From contig NC_088805.1 of assembly GCF_011386835.1 (NCBI RefSeq), forward strand, positions 24,180,001 through 24,244,000: a stretch of DNA of 64,000 bases, written 5' to 3'. This document shows positions 63,216 through 64,000 of this stretch, one piece after another. A program made the translations under genes and the position numbers. The notes beneath the pieces were generated by a model. It did no database searches. It was not told the DNA's origin and saw only the letters and a list, made by a program, of their open reading frames with translations. Every line of letters starts with the position of its first letter. Position 1 is the first letter of the stretch. The stretch is from Chrysemys picta bellii (taxonomy: Eukaryota).

Positions 63216-63962
63216 TGTGATGGGGTGGACTAGGTCTGCAAGCTCTGCCTCACCCCACTTCAGAATAGAGCAGTTGAGAAGTCCTCCAGGCAGCCTAGAG
63301 TGGCTGCAGGGGATCAGCCAATCAGAGGAGCTGCTGGAGTGACCAATCAGAAGCCGAAAGGACCAGATAAAAGGGAGCAGCAGAGGTAGACCATGTTTAC
63401 TGCCTGAGCTCAAAGACGGAGGTCTGTGTGCCTGGCTGTATAGAAGAGCAGCAGGACTGTGGGCCTCTCACTGCAGGCAGAACTGAGCGCAGGGAACACT
63501 GATGTAGACCAGGTGCCTGGCTGGCTAAAGAGCAGCAGGACCATGGACAGGTCAGTGTGGGCAGGTTTAGCCAAGAGGACTGAACCCAGAACCTGGCTAG
63601 ACCAGGTAAGGCTACTGTGATGGGCCCGGCTGGTCTGGTTGCAGACTGAGACTGGGGGGGGGCTGCTGAAAAGGACACCAACTGAGGGTATCGAGATGGG
63701 CCCCAGTTGGGTTGTTGAAGAAGGCACTGCCTCTGGGAGGATGCCTTAGAGCTATGGCCTCATACTGGGCCCGAGAAAAGAACTCGAGACTGTATATCCT
63801 GGAACGGGGGGCTGAGCCTCTGAAGCCCTGCCGAGAGAACCATTGGCTGGAGAAAGGGGGCGCTTGCAGGATGTGGGTGCTGCTCCACTCAAAACTGTGA
63901 TAGAAGGTACGTGTCGGCCAAAGAGGGGACGCTTGCGGCAGGCAGATGCTGATGCAATTACA
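63216..63962 (+). mobile_element. Solo LTR, 747 bp
   Basis: Termini TGTGATG…AATTACA; exact TSD GTGCT; two CCAATCAG boxes and a GATAAAAG TATA-like site about 150 nt in. Confidence 0.92.
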
Positions 63963-64000
63963 GTGCTTAATTTTAAATATATGAGCAGTGCTACTGGTGT

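Noticed and set aside
1-64000. tRNA, rRNA, CRISPR or prokaryotic-type systems
   Set aside because: tRNA-like boxes occur only as SINE heads; there are no regularly spaced repeat-spacer arrays or operon-like gene density; the content is vertebrate TE-rich DNA

Overview
Repeat-rich vertebrate genomic DNA, most consistent with a turtle. This is inferred from the CR1 3'UTR types and the Harbinger/hAT MITE and LTR families; no database was consulted. I could not identify any intact host protein-coding gene, rRNA, tRNA gene or CRISPR array. The ORFs whose products I can recognise are all retrotransposon ORF2 pieces: CR1 (27.3-28.0 kb, 41.8-43.4 kb, 49.7-52.4 kb), a degraded near-full-length RTE (11.4-14.0 kb) and an L2 (44.3-45.6 kb). 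The window also holds many solo LTRs (three with TG..CA ends and exact 5-bp TSDs), hAT, Harbinger and Tc1/mariner MITEs with TIRs/TSDs, CORE-SINEs and microsatellites. The most notable items are: (i) a 61-bp inverted repeat at 1.5-1.7 kb whose two arms each carry an RFX X-box, with an E-box and GC-box in the spacer and a splice donor downstream; (ii) a young solo LTR carrying a near-consensus REST/RE1 site and CTCF-like motifs, inside a three-layer CR1/CR1/LTR nest; (iii) two phase-compatible minus-strand candidate exons of an unidentified transcript; (iv) a recent 142-bp tandem duplication. I see no evidence for a new multi-gene system. Boundaries without TSD support are approximate.
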